Source: Vitrella brassicaformis CCMP3155 (Eukaryota; Protista; Chromerida). From it: a DNA stretch of 57,822 bases. How positions within the stretch are numbered: position 1 is the stretch's first letter; every line of letters begins with the position of its first letter. The DNA lies in the NCBI GenBank assembly GCA_001179505.1, contig CDMY01000524.1, positions 1 to 57,822 on the forward strand, given 5' to 3'. Below the pieces are notes generated by a model. The model did no database searches. It was not told the origin of the DNA and was given only the letters and a program-made list of their open reading frames with translations. Positions 12,819 to 25,740 of the stretch are shown here, one piece after another. The translations under genes were made by a program, and so were the position numbers.

Positions 12819-14784
12819 TCACGCGCCGGGTGCCCAAGGTCGTAAGGCCCTGTTCTTGTCGCCACGGTTGGGGAACTCGTCGCTGTCCTCCATGCTGTCA
12901 CGGTCAAGCTGAGTCGCCTGGCGACGCTTCCGGAACGCCCCTGTCCCGTGTGTGGTGTGGGGGTGCTGGGCGTAGTGGCCCCCGGCAGCCGCAGCAGCCG
13001 CACCGGCGTAGGAGTGGTACGATGGCGCATTTGCGTTGTTGTGGTGGTGCTGGCTGTGTCGGTTGGGCTGCTGGGAGGCCGGTGCGGGTGGTGCAGGAGG
13101 ATGCTGATGGTGGTTGGGCTGCTGCTTGGCCTTGTTCTGCTGTGCGCTCGAGTCGATCTTGACCAGCTCGGCCCGTGGTGGACGACCAGGCGCACCACCG
13201 CCCATCATGCTCTGCTGCTGGTACGGCTTGGCGGCAGCCGCCGGCCGCGGCCGCGGTGGCGGGCGGCCGCAGTCCCCGAACCGCATCTGCCGCTCCTGCA
13301 TCTTCCGGCGCTCCTCCTCCTGCTCCTGCTCCTCCTCCTCCTCCTCCTCAGTCTCGCCACCAGCACCAGCACCAGCACCATCAGTCAGCCCGAACCGCTG
13401 CGCCCTCTCCAATCTCTTCTGCTCCTCACTCCCACCACCACCATCGCCGGGGCGGAGGGGAGGGGGGCGCCTCGAGGCAGCAGCAGGAGGCGGGGCTTGT
13501 TTGGGGAGGTGGAGTGGTGGAACGGGGGGGCTGGTGTGCTGCTGCTGCTGATGCTGGTATGAGAAGGGTATGTGAGGGGCGGCTGGTGTGGGGTCGATGG
13601 GGCCGTATGTGGGCCACTGGTGGCAGTGGGGCGGCTTGTCCAGCTCGATGATGCGCATCCCCTTGGGTTTGGTCTTCAACTCACCGCTGCACAACACACA
13701 CACACAGACACAGACACACATGGGCAGCTCAGCTGTCCTTCGCCTCTGTGTGTGTGTGTGTAGGTTGCCTGCTTACGAGATGGAGTGTGAGTATCCGACA
13801 ATGGCCACTTTTAGCTTGAGCTGGCGGCACTTGTCAACCACCTCAGAAAAGCCAGAGTCACCCGCAAACCTGACACAACCAGTCCAGTCAACAACACATA
13901 CATGCATCAACCTCACATCAGGCCTCTGTTCGTAAGGTTGCTTACAGGACTATCATCTTGATGTCGGACTCTGCGTGTTGGGTGCTGCTCTCGCCCTGAT
14001 CGGCCCGCCGGCGGATGAAGTCGGGCGAGTTCTCTGACACACAGAGGCCAGACCAAACACAGAGAGATCGTCAACCAATGTGACTATGAGCGACAGGTGC
14101 GCCAGCATGCATACCGTAGGCCGTTTCGAGCATCTTCATAGCGATGGAACAGTCAACCCCACGCTGCACCCAACCTGACGCCACACACACACACACACAG
14201 AGGCCGACACTACAGACGTGAACCGATTGCTGCGTTACCGTCGCTATAGCCGACGCCCTGCTTCTTGAAGTCGAATAGCTGTACGTTGATGCGCTGCTGC
14301 CTGAGGAAGCTGTGGAACTCAGTGCGCTTCTGGCGGTCCCCATGACCCCTGCCACGAGTCACCTTCGAGTACCTACGACACCATAGCCAGATGATCGAGG
14401 CTATCTCTGTGCGCGCGTGTGTCATATACCATTTGTCTGGATCTCCGTCGTAGTAGAATGTTTGTGAGTTGTCGACGCCCAGTATGTCCTGCACGTACTT
14501 GAGCACCCGGCAGAACATCTCACCCATCAGGTCAGATCGGTCTTGCTGAGACTCCTTGTAATTCGCCTGAATATTCAATGTTTTTGTCAGTCAGTCAACC
14601 AGACACAAAAAAGAACAATCCATCCATCCATTTGTGTTTCCCTCTGCGTCTATCTGTCACAGCTGGTCGTGATGCACACCAATGCGTCTCGTGTGGCTGG
14701 GCTGTGGAGTTGTTTGGATGTGCACCTGACCTTTATGTAGGCGCCATCTATGACAAACACGGCTTTGGGTCTCCCGGTGGCCAT
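12819..14784 (-). CDS. NYN / LabA-DUF88 (PIN-like) domain protein with low-complexity tail carrying two RxxRFG motifs
   Basis: Spliced motifs MATGRPKAVFVIDGAYIK, FYYDGD, WVQRGVDCSIAMKML, IVLFAGDSGFSEVVDKCRQLKLKVAIVGYSHSISGEL..RIIELD match the NYN/DUF88 pattern in the right order. Last exon is in ORF 12819-13721. Confidence 0.8.
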
Positions 14785-14820
14785 GCTGGTGATGTGACCT
14801 GGGAGGACGTCCGTGGGAGG

Positions 14821-14893
14821 GGCAGCGGTTATCGTCCGGGAGCGGTTTCACGGGGGGAGCGGTTTCACAGAATGTCCGGGAGCGGTTTCACGG
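14821..14893. promoter_or_regulatory. Triple GGGAGCGGTTTCAC repeat in the divergent spacer between the NYN gene and CEP19
   Basis: Three copies at about 14838, 14855 and 14878 plus a degenerate GGCAGCGGTTATC at 14821. A regulatory role is inferred from position only. Confidence 0.5.
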
Positions 14894-14933
14894 ACTGCAA
14901 GCTCGAAAAGCGAAAGAGGAGAGATCCAAACCA

Positions 14934-15678
14934 ATGCCGGGCGTCGTTCATGTGGACGATGGTGCCACGTGCAAGGCCCGCCGCATCGGCTTCAAACACG
15001 ACCCGCCATCTATTGTGATCGAGATGTACAATCCCACTCTCGGCAAGCTTCAAATCCGTCCCATCGTCCTCGCCAGTCTGCAGCCCGACAGCCCTGTCGA
15101 CAGAGTGGAGCGATGCATCCGCAAACACTTCCCAGGCCACTGCAAGGGCGTTGCTTCGGAGCAACTGACCAGCAACATCAGGAGGCTGCAGATGAGCATG
15201 GCGGGCAGACGGCCTGATGCGGGCATTAAGCTGCAGCCACTGAAGCCCTCAGCCAAGGAGAAGGATGACTCCATCAGCCCCCTGCCCCGCATCATCCCTT
15301 CTTCGATCAACAATCCGTCACCCATGATAGCAGCAGATGACACCGAGGGCGATTCGAGGCCGCCACTCAGCTGGATCCATCCACAGGAGAACGGCAAGCA
15401 GGGGGATGCTGCTGCTCATGATTTCAGCCACGTGGACCTGAACAAGGTGAGTGCGGAGGAGCTGGAGCGTGCCAAGGGCAAGATGGAGGAGTCGTTTCTG
15501 AGGAACCAGGTCAAGCCTGGCGACGATGGCTTCGTATACGACAGACGGTGAGAGGGACATGGAAGAAACAAGTCAACAGGCTGATGGTCGAGTGAGTGGA
15601 TGTGCGTTGCTGTGCTGCAGTGTTGACTTCGACAGCCGAGGCGAGCCGCCGCACGACTCAGGGTGGGACAGCGAATGA
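14934..15678 (+). CDS. CEP19: Centrosomal/ciliary protein CEP19
   Basis: N-terminal RIGFKHDPPSIVIEMY; C-terminal VDLNKVSAEELERAKGKMEESFLRNQVKPGDDGFVYDRR | VDFDSRGEPPHDSGWDSE* (intron 15549-15620). This matches the CEP19 DLNK..K..MD..F..N......FVYD.EV.F......WD signature. Confidence 0.88.
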
Positions 15679-16686
15679 CATAGATGTGGTCAGCAGACAA
15701 GACACCAGCCAGATGTCGACAAGTAGAAGGAAGGGCTGCGGCGGGATGACTGCTGCAGCTGCCTAGTAGGGGAACGGTTGTGTACATAATCGATCATGCT
15801 GCGCAGCATGATGTGACTGACTGTGTTGTTTTGGTGGGCTGACAGACCAACGACCAACACACACATGCATTAAATAAAGTCAAGCATACGCATGTTATTC
15901 AGAGTCAGCATTCGAATTCACACACATCTGTCCGAGTACGCACCAGCAAAGGGACACAAGACACATGCACACAAGCTGCACAGTGTCACTTATTAGTCAG
16001 CCCGCCCCGTTCGCCCATTGTATCGATCATTCCGGTGGGCACACTGATGCTTTGGTACCTGACACACACGACGGAGAGGGAAAAGAGAGCAGGCGGAAAT
16101 GTTCGTGTCACCATGGCTGGCCCGCAAAGCAGCAAACGTGAGGCTGCATTTGATGGACCACACACGACACGATGCAGCACGGCGGTCTTTTCTGGTCTGC
16201 CTGACTGCGTGCTTCTGTCGGTGTATTCGTGCGCTGTTTTGCTGCCACTGTATCGCCCGGCTTTCTCACACAAGACTTTCAACAATGGATGGCCACTGCA
16301 TTGCGCAGAGTCACATTCACCCATCCATCATTCCCAGTCAGGCCTCAAAGGGACGGAAAAAGTGGTACCATCACACGCATACGACCCCTCGCAACCTTCC
16401 GGAGCAATTGGCGACACACCAGGAAAACTGCTGCACGACTAAGCCGACATTTATGCAGCTGTCTGTCTGTCTGTCTGTCTGGCTCACGTCCAAATCACCC
16501 AGCAAGCACACAAAAAAGTCGCACCTCACCTCACAGACGACACACACACGTACGAGAGAAAACTTCGAGGCGACTTGACCGTAGGACTTGACCGTAGACA
16601 CGGACACGTAGGGGCATACACACACACATACATAAACGGACGGAAACACTGACCAAAAAACTTCCTTTGTTGCGGCACTGAATGCG

Positions 16687-19600
16687 CTACTTGACCATAC
16701 GCATCATCGTCTTCTTGCTGGTGGGCGTGCTGGTAGCCTCGCCGGCGCCATTGCCTTTGTCGACGGTCACTCTGAATCGGTACTTGATGTTCTCGTCCTT
16801 GTCGCCTTTGAACTCGCCCTTCAAGTACGGATACCTACATGCCCATACCAACACGCGTGCAGCAAGGGAGACGTGTGGATGACTATGAGTGCGTGTGTGT
16901 GTGTGTGTGTGCAGACCAGAGGACGTAGTTGGTGTCCCACAGGTTGTTCCACAAGTTGAAGGCCATCCCATGCACCCTCTCGGTTGAAAGCATGGGACCA
17001 ACAGGCACTGAAGGAACGAAACACACGCAGGTACAGCCCAGCCCGCACACTCTCACGTGCCTCAAGGATGGTCTGATTTATTCTGCTCACCGGGTAGAGC
17101 CGTAGGTGTGCCTTGCCATTTGCCCTCGATTGTTTTGCGGTCGGTGATGGGTGTGGTCAGGGCGGCGTCAAGCGACTCGATCAGCATCCTTTGGGAGGAG
17201 GACACGCGACGCACGCCAGACAGCACGCCATGCTGGAAGACAAAGCCGCGCACATATAACACATAATGCGTGTATGGCTTTGCGTGCGCGGTCGTGGGGT
17301 AGGTACCTGGTAGATTGACCCATGTCTCATGACCTCATCTGGGCGGATCCACTGACCAAGCTTGTCCATCTCCCACCTGCACACGCACACACACATGGAG
17401 ACGCGGGCCCATTCACGGCCGGCGACCACACGAGAAAGCCACCCCCCCACTCACGTGTCGTCAGCGTCTCCGTCACCCGGTTGGCCGTAGAATGAGAGGT
17501 AAGCGGCCTCGGGCAGTCGCGTTGTGGTTTTGTTGATGATGTGCAAAGTCACCTCAACCGACGACGTGTCGGGCAGCAACTTGGCCTGTCCGTCCGTCCA
17601 TCCATCCATCCATTTGTGTGTGTGCAGATGGGAATGCATGCCATGTGTGTGCTGTGATGTTTGTGTAAGTATCTCACCCCCATCATGGTTTGTTTTGGCC
17701 CTCCGTATTTGGTGTGCGTCTCGTCAGGCAGACCCAAAACAGCCACGGCGCGACACGACGATGCATCCCTGCCCGTCCATCCAAAACCATATGTTTCCCA
17801 ATTCCATATGTGTGTGTGGATGTGATGTGCCACACACACAGGAGCGTACCAGTACACATCGTTGAGCTGCGGCATCCATCGCTTCTGCACGGGGGCCGCG
17901 CTGGTGGCGTTGATTTTGTGGTAGCCCGCGTCGCCACCGTACACGGCCTGTGCAGCACCACCCAAGATACAGCCGCGTGTGTGTGTATGAGTGCGCTGCC
18001 CGTAGAGGGACGCACCGCACCTGCATGTATTTGAAGTCATCCTCAGTGAATGTCTGGTAGCTGAGCTCCCCCGCCATCATGCCCGACACGTCATATTTGG
18101 ACCCGCCATCACTCACCTTTGTCCACACAGAACAGACATACATATGCCGCACATGCCCACGTGTGTGTAGGGGTATGCATCGATACCTCCACAACGCGCA
18201 TGCCGCCTGTTTGCCCGTCAAAAGCGATTGATAGGCCTTTCGAGTTGTCACCTGATGAATAATGATCCATCCATCCATCCATCCACCGCGCACACGTTCT
18301 GGCCAGTATAGATCTATACGCACAGATGCCTCTGCGCGTACCGGCTGTGCATTTGAGCGTGTCGGTCTTGTTGGTCATTTTGGTGAGGGCGTCAGTAGAC
18401 GGCGGGGTGGGGTCCAGCTCTCGGATGCGCGAGAGAATCATCTGCACACACGCGGGGTGGGTATACCATACACAAAGGCACATGTCATGTTGCTTATGCG
18501 CACCGCACCTGTCCCAGTGGATGGTTGGCCTGGAGAAGCATGCGGATCGCCTCGTTCATCATCACACGCTGTTCGGCCCAGCTCATCTCGTGCTTTTGGA
18601 AGATGTCCGTCTCACGGACCGATGCGAAGGCGTCGTTGGTCCTGGCAGAAGGGCACGACACACCATGCATGGTATGGAAACCATACGGACGGCCACCTCC
18701 CCGCCAAGCCATTCCTTCCTTCGTACCAGTGTTTGGTGTCACCGACGCCAGGAAGCCCCCATGTGTGCTCGGCCACCTGCATATACACACACAGGGACAG
18801 GCAAACACAGAGAGATTCACAGACTCTCACACACACGAGCACATCAAGGCAAGGCAGTGCGGCCAGTCACCTTGAGCATGAAGCGGGAGAAGTCGTAGAG
18901 AACGGGGTCGTCGTCGTGACACTTGCCCGAGGAGAAGCACTCGGCGCGCACACGAGAGATTTCCCTGCACACGGGTGTGCGTGCAGCAGACAGAGGAGTG
19001 AGTGTGTGTTTTGGCGGGGCGCCTGCCGGTGTGTATGTGTATGGATCGACCTGTAGAGCGCCAATTTGAGCGGATCGCTCGCGATTCCTGTCATACACAG
19101 GACACATCACATGGCATTGTATGTATGTATCACATGGCGTGTTTGGATCCACCCACCTTGTATCCAGACGTCGCCGATCTCACCGGTCAAAGTGGGCAGA
19201 TAGTCGCCTGCACCCACACGCACACACACACAGAGAGAGAGAGACGCACACACACACATGTGAAGAGACTCCATGTATGTGTCTCTTGGTGAGAAAGTTA
19301 TGCGGTTACAGTCCTCGATGTCGCCCATCTTCTCAATGAATTCATTCCACCCAGTAGACACGATGCGCGCATTCTGATGGAGGCGTGCAGCGCACCAACA
19401 CATGTACCGAGACCAAGGTGTGGTATATGTGTGTGTCGAGTGCATACGGGATATTCCATCTGCATTCGATTGTAGTCGCTGAGGATCTCCTCAACAGAGT
19501 GAGGCGGCCCGTCGTTGTCCTGCGGGCATACCACGGCCGCATCGCATTGACACACACAAGTGGACTGACTGGTGCATCGCATCCATGTGTGTTGTGTTTT

Positions 19601-21862
19601 GAATGTATTCGCTTGTCTTGTCTTGCCTGTCTGATGTTGGGCACGATGCCGAATCCATTGGGTAGAATCGTCACGTCGCCGCTCTCTATGCCTCCATACC
19701 TGGACAGGACAGAGGCACGAGAGAGAGCGGCGACGTGTGTGTCTCTGTGTCCGTAAATGCAATGCATTGCAGGCACTCGTTCTCACTGGTGTGGGTGGTA
19801 GAGGGTGTAGATGGAGCTGTTGGTGAGGGGATCCTTCCATATCTGTGAGCGAAAGTACACACATGGATAATGTCGGCATGTCTGTGTGTGGATGTAGTAC
19901 GCACGAATGCGGGCGGGTCGATTGCTGGTGCTCCATAATTCTGCAGGAACATCCGTACACAAATGCGCAACATCGTGTGCATCTGTGTGTCTGCGTGTGA
20001 ACCTGTCCGACGGTGATTGCCTTGACGCCGTGTTTCTTGAGTATTGGGATGGCGGCACGAGTCAGCCCGGGCACATCACGCTGCGACCTGCATCCAGATG
20101 TATACAGGTCATAGCCGTGGATGTGATGTGTGAATGCAGGTCTGTGGCTGGCATACATGACTTTGATGTCCTGGTTGATGCCGAAACGGTCGTCGAGATC
20201 ACGGGCGAGACGCAGACCTGCTCACACAACACATGCAGTGCAGACAGCAATGACCACACGCACGCAAGCCTGCATGGCATGGATGCGGGGTCTGGTCTGC
20301 GAGGTACCTACCGAATTCGAACATTGGCAGGTCCATCATCTCTATCTGGCTGTTGAAGGGGAAGGCGTGCCACGTTATGTCACTGCAGAACGAACATCAG
20401 AGAAAGAAACGCACCCAGTGCATGGCATGGCATGGCATGGATGTCTGCATGTCTGAGTGTCTGCGTCTGTGCATGGGATGGATGATGTGTGAACCCCCCA
20501 ACCGACCAGCCACCTACCCTCTGTATATGGCTTGAATCAGCCGTTCCTGCTCCCTCTTGCTGGGACAGATGAGCGGCTCGCCCAGCAGAGTCAAATCTAC
20601 ACATACACACAACACGGGCGCTCGTGTGCAGTGCACGTGTTGTGTTGTTCGTATGAGGGCACGGACGGACCAGTGGGGCAATCGAGATACAAGCTGATCA
20701 GCCATGCATGGGTGCTGCACTCAACACAGGCATGGATCCACACATCCAATTAATGGGGTACGCAGGCTTCCTTCCTTACGTACGTGTAGACGTATCCAAT
20801 GGGGTGGTTCATCTTGCGGAGGGTTTCCTACACCACACACGCACCTCTTCCTTTGCACTGCACATAATATAGGTGAGCACGTTTGTCCGTCCGCACCGAC
20901 CTGTATGCTCATGGCCCTAGGGAAGTGCGCATGGAAGTAGGTGTTGATCACATTCGTTATGAAGCCGACCTTGTTGTAATTGTTGATGCCGTCATAGCCC
21001 TTTTGCCGGCCACGCACACGCACGCACACGACACGACACAGGTGTCTGTCTGTGCATGCAGCTCAGCTGTCGATAGCATACACGTGTGTGTGTCGCCCAC
21101 CACGTCCAGATGGTTCATGGATACGACGAACAGGGTGTGGACATCCGGCAGCCGCACCCACCTGCACCAATCAATCACACATGCATCCACATAGCCCCTC
21201 ATTCAACCGCCTTTTCGTGTCTGCAACTACCGTTTCGCAGCCACATTCCCAGACCACTGGATGGCATTGCAGCCCTGCAGGTGCAACGCAGACGTGCACT
21301 CATTCACCCACATACAGACGGACTGCCTGCTGACCTCGATCTTTCCTTTGATCTGATGGACGAGGTGGAATGTGACCTCGACAGACCCATCCGCTTCTGG
21401 TCAACAGACACACACACACATCGACACAGAGGTGAGCACTGCAGGTCGCCTCGCTCAATGCATACCATTTACTCGCATCGGGCCATAGTCGAATGTGCTG
21501 TTGACCTGCTGTGGCCTCGTCACGCTCAGCACCTCATACACACGCCTCTCATCGTCCAAAGCAGACACGCGGTAAGTGGCGCCCTGCACAAACACACACC
21601 ACACAAGCGTCGTGTACGTTGGCATGCGCGCATAGCATAGCATATCTCATCTCCATACCTGTGTGTTGGGCGGCATCTGTGCCTGCCAGAGGCCGCTGAG
21701 GTTGCATCCATGGGAGCCGATACAGCACAGACACCAAGAGATCAGAGATAGCAGCTGCATGCTGGTGGTGAGAAGCACACACAGCCTCCTGGCTGGGAAA
21801 AGATGGCGTCTCTTCCGAGCTCGCAAGCCGGTAAACTCGTCGCGGAAAGGAGATGCCGTCAA
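16687..21862 (-). CDS. DUF5054-type / GH38-like glycoside hydrolase-like protein, many exons
   Basis: Exon peptides MNHLDVG, NVINTYFHAHFPRA, DVPGLTRAAIPILKKHGVKAITVG, DNDGPP, LTGEIGDVWIQG, EHTWGLP, NKTTTRLPEAAYLSF, WEMDKLGQW, GMAFNLWNNLWDTNYVLW. A hydrophobic signal-like stretch lies near the 5' end; the start is approximate. Confidence 0.72.
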
Positions 21863-23326
21863 TCAGACAAGTGAGGAAGATACAAGTCCATGAGTGGAAA
21901 CGCAAAATGCAATGCAGTGCAGACGCATTCATGCACACCCCGACGGATGGCAACGGGAGGGGAGGGAGGCAGCGGCAACGATGCTTGCACACCGGTGCGT
22001 GAATCAAAACCTGCCATCCATAAGGCCATGCAGATGGCCGTCGAATTTGCCATCAGAGAGGATACGCAAACAGACAGCGGTACAAGTGTAGAAAGCCCGC
22101 AAGTAAGTCGTCATGCACCGTGCAATCGCCAAAGTGGGTCACAGAGGCAGGCATGCAAGGAGGGAGGCTGTCTGTCTGTCTGTCTGAAGGAACAAGTACG
22201 GGGTCTAGGTGGGGAACAGACAGCCAACACCCTGATGGGAGATGCGAATGTATGCGTGGCTGTGTGTGGGACGGTGGTGGGGCCGGGGCCGTGATGGCGG
22301 CACATGCATTGGCGATAGGCAACGTGGAAGCGAAGTTTTGCCCACGATTGATAGTGCGTCGATATGGATCTCTTCTTGTGTACATATACTGACGTCCCGT
22401 GACTCGTTTCATCTTCAATGCCTTTCGTGTCGCTTCTCTCTTTCTGTTTTCGCTGCCAAAAAACCAGCGTTCCTCTCTCTGTGCACACCCAAAACGATAG
22501 ACGAAACACAACAACACGAAACACAACCGAACAGCTAGTTAATTGTCTGCACATACATGCCATACATATCGCTCTGTCTCCTTGCATTCCATAGTGGTGT
22601 CATGTCGCCTTGTCCCAAATGGCGTGCACGCACATCTACTCACTCACCCCTATACACCAATTCATCTGTACGTCCACGCGTCAAACCGTCCGCCGCCTGC
22701 CCCCTCTCCACATTCGCACTCGCTACACAATCGGCGGCATAACCCTAGGCACGAAACTAGAAATGCCCCCACAAAAAAGCCTTAGCTACGCAGGAGAAGG
22801 GCCGTCGTGTGTGATATGTATGTGTGCATGAATTGGGTGTCTCTCAGAGACACAAAACTTCGGCCACACGGCCGTCTGGTTCATCAAAACAATATGCATC
22901 ATGTGTGTCTTATAACAGTGACGCCGTGCCCTCCCTGCCCCCGGCTCTTTCTTTCCCCACACACCTGAATTTCTCACTAGATAGCTATACACCAATTTAA
23001 TTAATCCGTCACCCTTGGATGCACGTCTGCAGAGATATGCATGCCATACACGGCCGTCTGCCGCTCATTTCGCAGCACGGCTTGCCGGTATGCATCCCAT
23101 CCATGTATCGTATCAAGGCACATGCAGGCACATGCAGAGAGACAGACAGACAGACAGACACATGCAGATGGACGCCAGCCATATCCCTCCGTCCCTCCGG
23201 CCATCCTCCCTCACTGTCTGGCCCTTCATCCACCAGGCGTACTGTAACACCAACAACCACGCGACGCGACACAACAGGCATTCGAAAAACGATTACCTAC
23301 TTACTACCGCCCATCGTCCCTCTATA

Positions 23327-25478
23327 CTATACGTCGCTGAGAAGCGAGGCAAGCCCCATGCCCGCGAGTACCAACACGCCCGCGACCATGAGCCACACTA
23401 CCACCTGCATCATGACACGGATGACCCGGCTGATCTTCATCTCACCACGCTGCACACTCATGCACCCGCCCTCCGGACACCAATGCTGCGGCGCGAACAG
23501 CAGACTCATCAGGGGGCCGAGAGAAACCGCCGTGTTGCTGTCGCTGCCACTCCCAACCCCAGCATGCTTCGGCGAAGCGATGTCGACGACCACCGATGAC
23601 GAGCTGCCCCTGTTGTTGTTGTTGCTGTCTTGACGCTCGTCGCATCGGGTGGACAGCGACGACTCGCTCCGCTGCTCGCTGCCACTGGTCTTCCGCGACA
23701 GGGACTCGGCCAAAGGGGGCAGAGCCAGGGAGGGCGGGAGTGTCTTTTTCTGTCCGTTGTGTGGGGGCGTCAGCTCGTCCAGACGCCTCGATCGGGGGCA
23801 GGGGGGAGGGGGAGGGAACGGGTGGCGAGCGTCCTGAAAACAGCCCAGCCACACCAAAAGGGATGCCTCTCAGCCAGCGTATGTACCCGGTGTGCGTCTC
23901 GTGCCGTACTATGTACCTCTGCGGCATTCAGCTGGACGGTCTTCTGCTCGTGGGTGATGCCGCGTCCCTTGGGGCGCCGATGGTGATGCCCATGGCCGTG
24001 GTGGACGTGACTGTGCTCCGGGTGCTGGCCTCGCGAACGCTGGCGTGACCGGCGATTGGATGCGGGAGACGGAGTGGCATAGTGACAGCCGACATCAACG
24101 TATCTGCCCACACAGAATGAGACAAACACATGGACAATAACCGAGACGAAGCCACGTGGGATGTCCGTACCTGAGTGAAGGGAATGTAGAGTCCGTCAGT
24201 TCCCCCAGTGTGGGCTCCTGGACCATCGACTGGCCCCCTGTCATGCTCATGGTCGCCACACTCGACCCCATCACCGATGTGCTCCCGCTGCCCGTCGACC
24301 GCGACACCACAGACGACGATATGACGCTCGGCGTGCAGACGAGCGGGGACGACGACCGACGGCGCCTCGATCGGCGCATATGCTTGCTGCTGCTGTGGCG
24401 GTGGCGGTGGTGATTGCCGTCCTTGTGGATCTGCTGCGGTGGCGGCTGTGAGAGCGACCTTGGCTGCTCCCGCATGTCGACCCACTTGTGGATGGCGCCG
24501 TGCAGCCCTCGCCAGTCGATGGCCACCGACCGGGGGCTGCTGCTGCTATTGCACCCCTGCCGCGGGGGTGGGTTGACCACCCATCTGTTGTTGACGCCCC
24601 CAGGCAGCTTGACGGTGCGGCTGGTCGGCAGAGCCTTGAGCACTACCGACCTGTCATCGGCCAGAGTGGGCGGCGGGGCGCCCCATTCGCTGCCCGAGCC
24701 GTCGCTTCCTGTGACGAGGAAGTCCTCGTGCATGGGCGGCCGCCATTTGGCCCGCATGGCCATGGGGATGTCTTCTCGGTAGGTCCGGTGGATGGTGGGG
24801 GGCGGCCGGCGGGCCTCCAGGGATGCGCTGCGCCGGTGGGAGCGGGACGAGGCGGAAGAGGGGGGGCGGGAGGGCGGGCTGACGGTGCTCCTGCAACGCA
24901 GAGGCATACAAACGGGACAGTGATGTCGCCTCGCACGTACAGGCTTGGAATGCGCGTCTGTGTCCATACGTACGGTACCTGCGCCGCTTTGAAGGGTGGA
25001 CATTGACAGCTGCCGGCCGGCTCCACCGCTTTGGGTGGGCATTTGAGCGGCAGTGGTGGGAGCGGAAAGGCCGCCTGGACATCGCCAGTCGGTCCTCGTC
25101 AGACGAGTACGAAAACGACGACCCCAGCTGGTTGCTCACGCTCACATGCTCCGCCAGAGTGCTGCTGCCGCATGAAGATGCCGGGGATGGCGAGGAGCTG
25201 TGGGTGTGCGTGGGAGAGGGAAGAGCGCACTCGCTGCATGAGCAGCCCGTCGACACCTGGGATGAGGCGGAAGTGGGAGTCACGGTGGGGGTGGTAGGCC
25301 GGCCTGATGGCCGCACTGGCATCCCGGCTACCCTCATCTCTTTCGGAATGCTGTCGTAATGCCAAGCTCGCGTACACGGTACACCAGCCGTTTGGAATGT
25401 TTTGTCGCAGAGCCATTGAGGGCGCCTCACCGCGGGGAACGGCCCTGATGTTGCCCTTCTCCAACGATCCGGCCTCAC
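23327..25478 (-). CDS. Hypothetical Ser/Pro/Arg-rich low-complexity protein with a C-terminal transmembrane helix
   Basis: Long minus-strand ORFs (24654-25478, 24095-25042, 23327-23857) separated by GT..AG introns; ends VMMQVVVWLMVAGVLVLAGMGLASLLSDV*. Exon joins not fully resolved. Confidence 0.45.
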
Positions 25479-25544
25479 GTGCTCTTCTCATGGAGTGTGG
25501 CTGCGGCCAAGGGGCTGGTCAACAGCACGGTCAGCATCGACATA

Positions 25545-25740
25545 CAGTCGTCCCTCGATATATCGGACGATCCGGTCCGCATCTGACGGCCAGATCCGAT
25601 CCGATAAAGACGGCCATCCGATATATCGAGGGAGATTTGTATGTACCTTGTATGGGGGCGGCGTGTCTTCGGATGGCCTTGAGATGGCCATCCGATCCGC
25701 GATACGGCTTATCGAGGTCCGATATATCGAGGGACGACTG
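25545..25740. mobile_element. 196-bp MITE of Tc1/mariner-pogo type
   Basis: Perfect 24-bp terminal inverted repeat CAGTCGTCCCTCGATATATCGGAC / GTCCGATATATCGAGGGACGACTG, flanked by TA on both sides (25543-44, 25741-42); no transposase. Confidence 0.88.

Noticed and set aside
25545-25740. CRISPR-like or tRNA-like reading of the GATATATC repeats
   Set aside because: No regular repeat-spacer period and no cloverleaf; TIR plus TA duplication explains it as a MITE.
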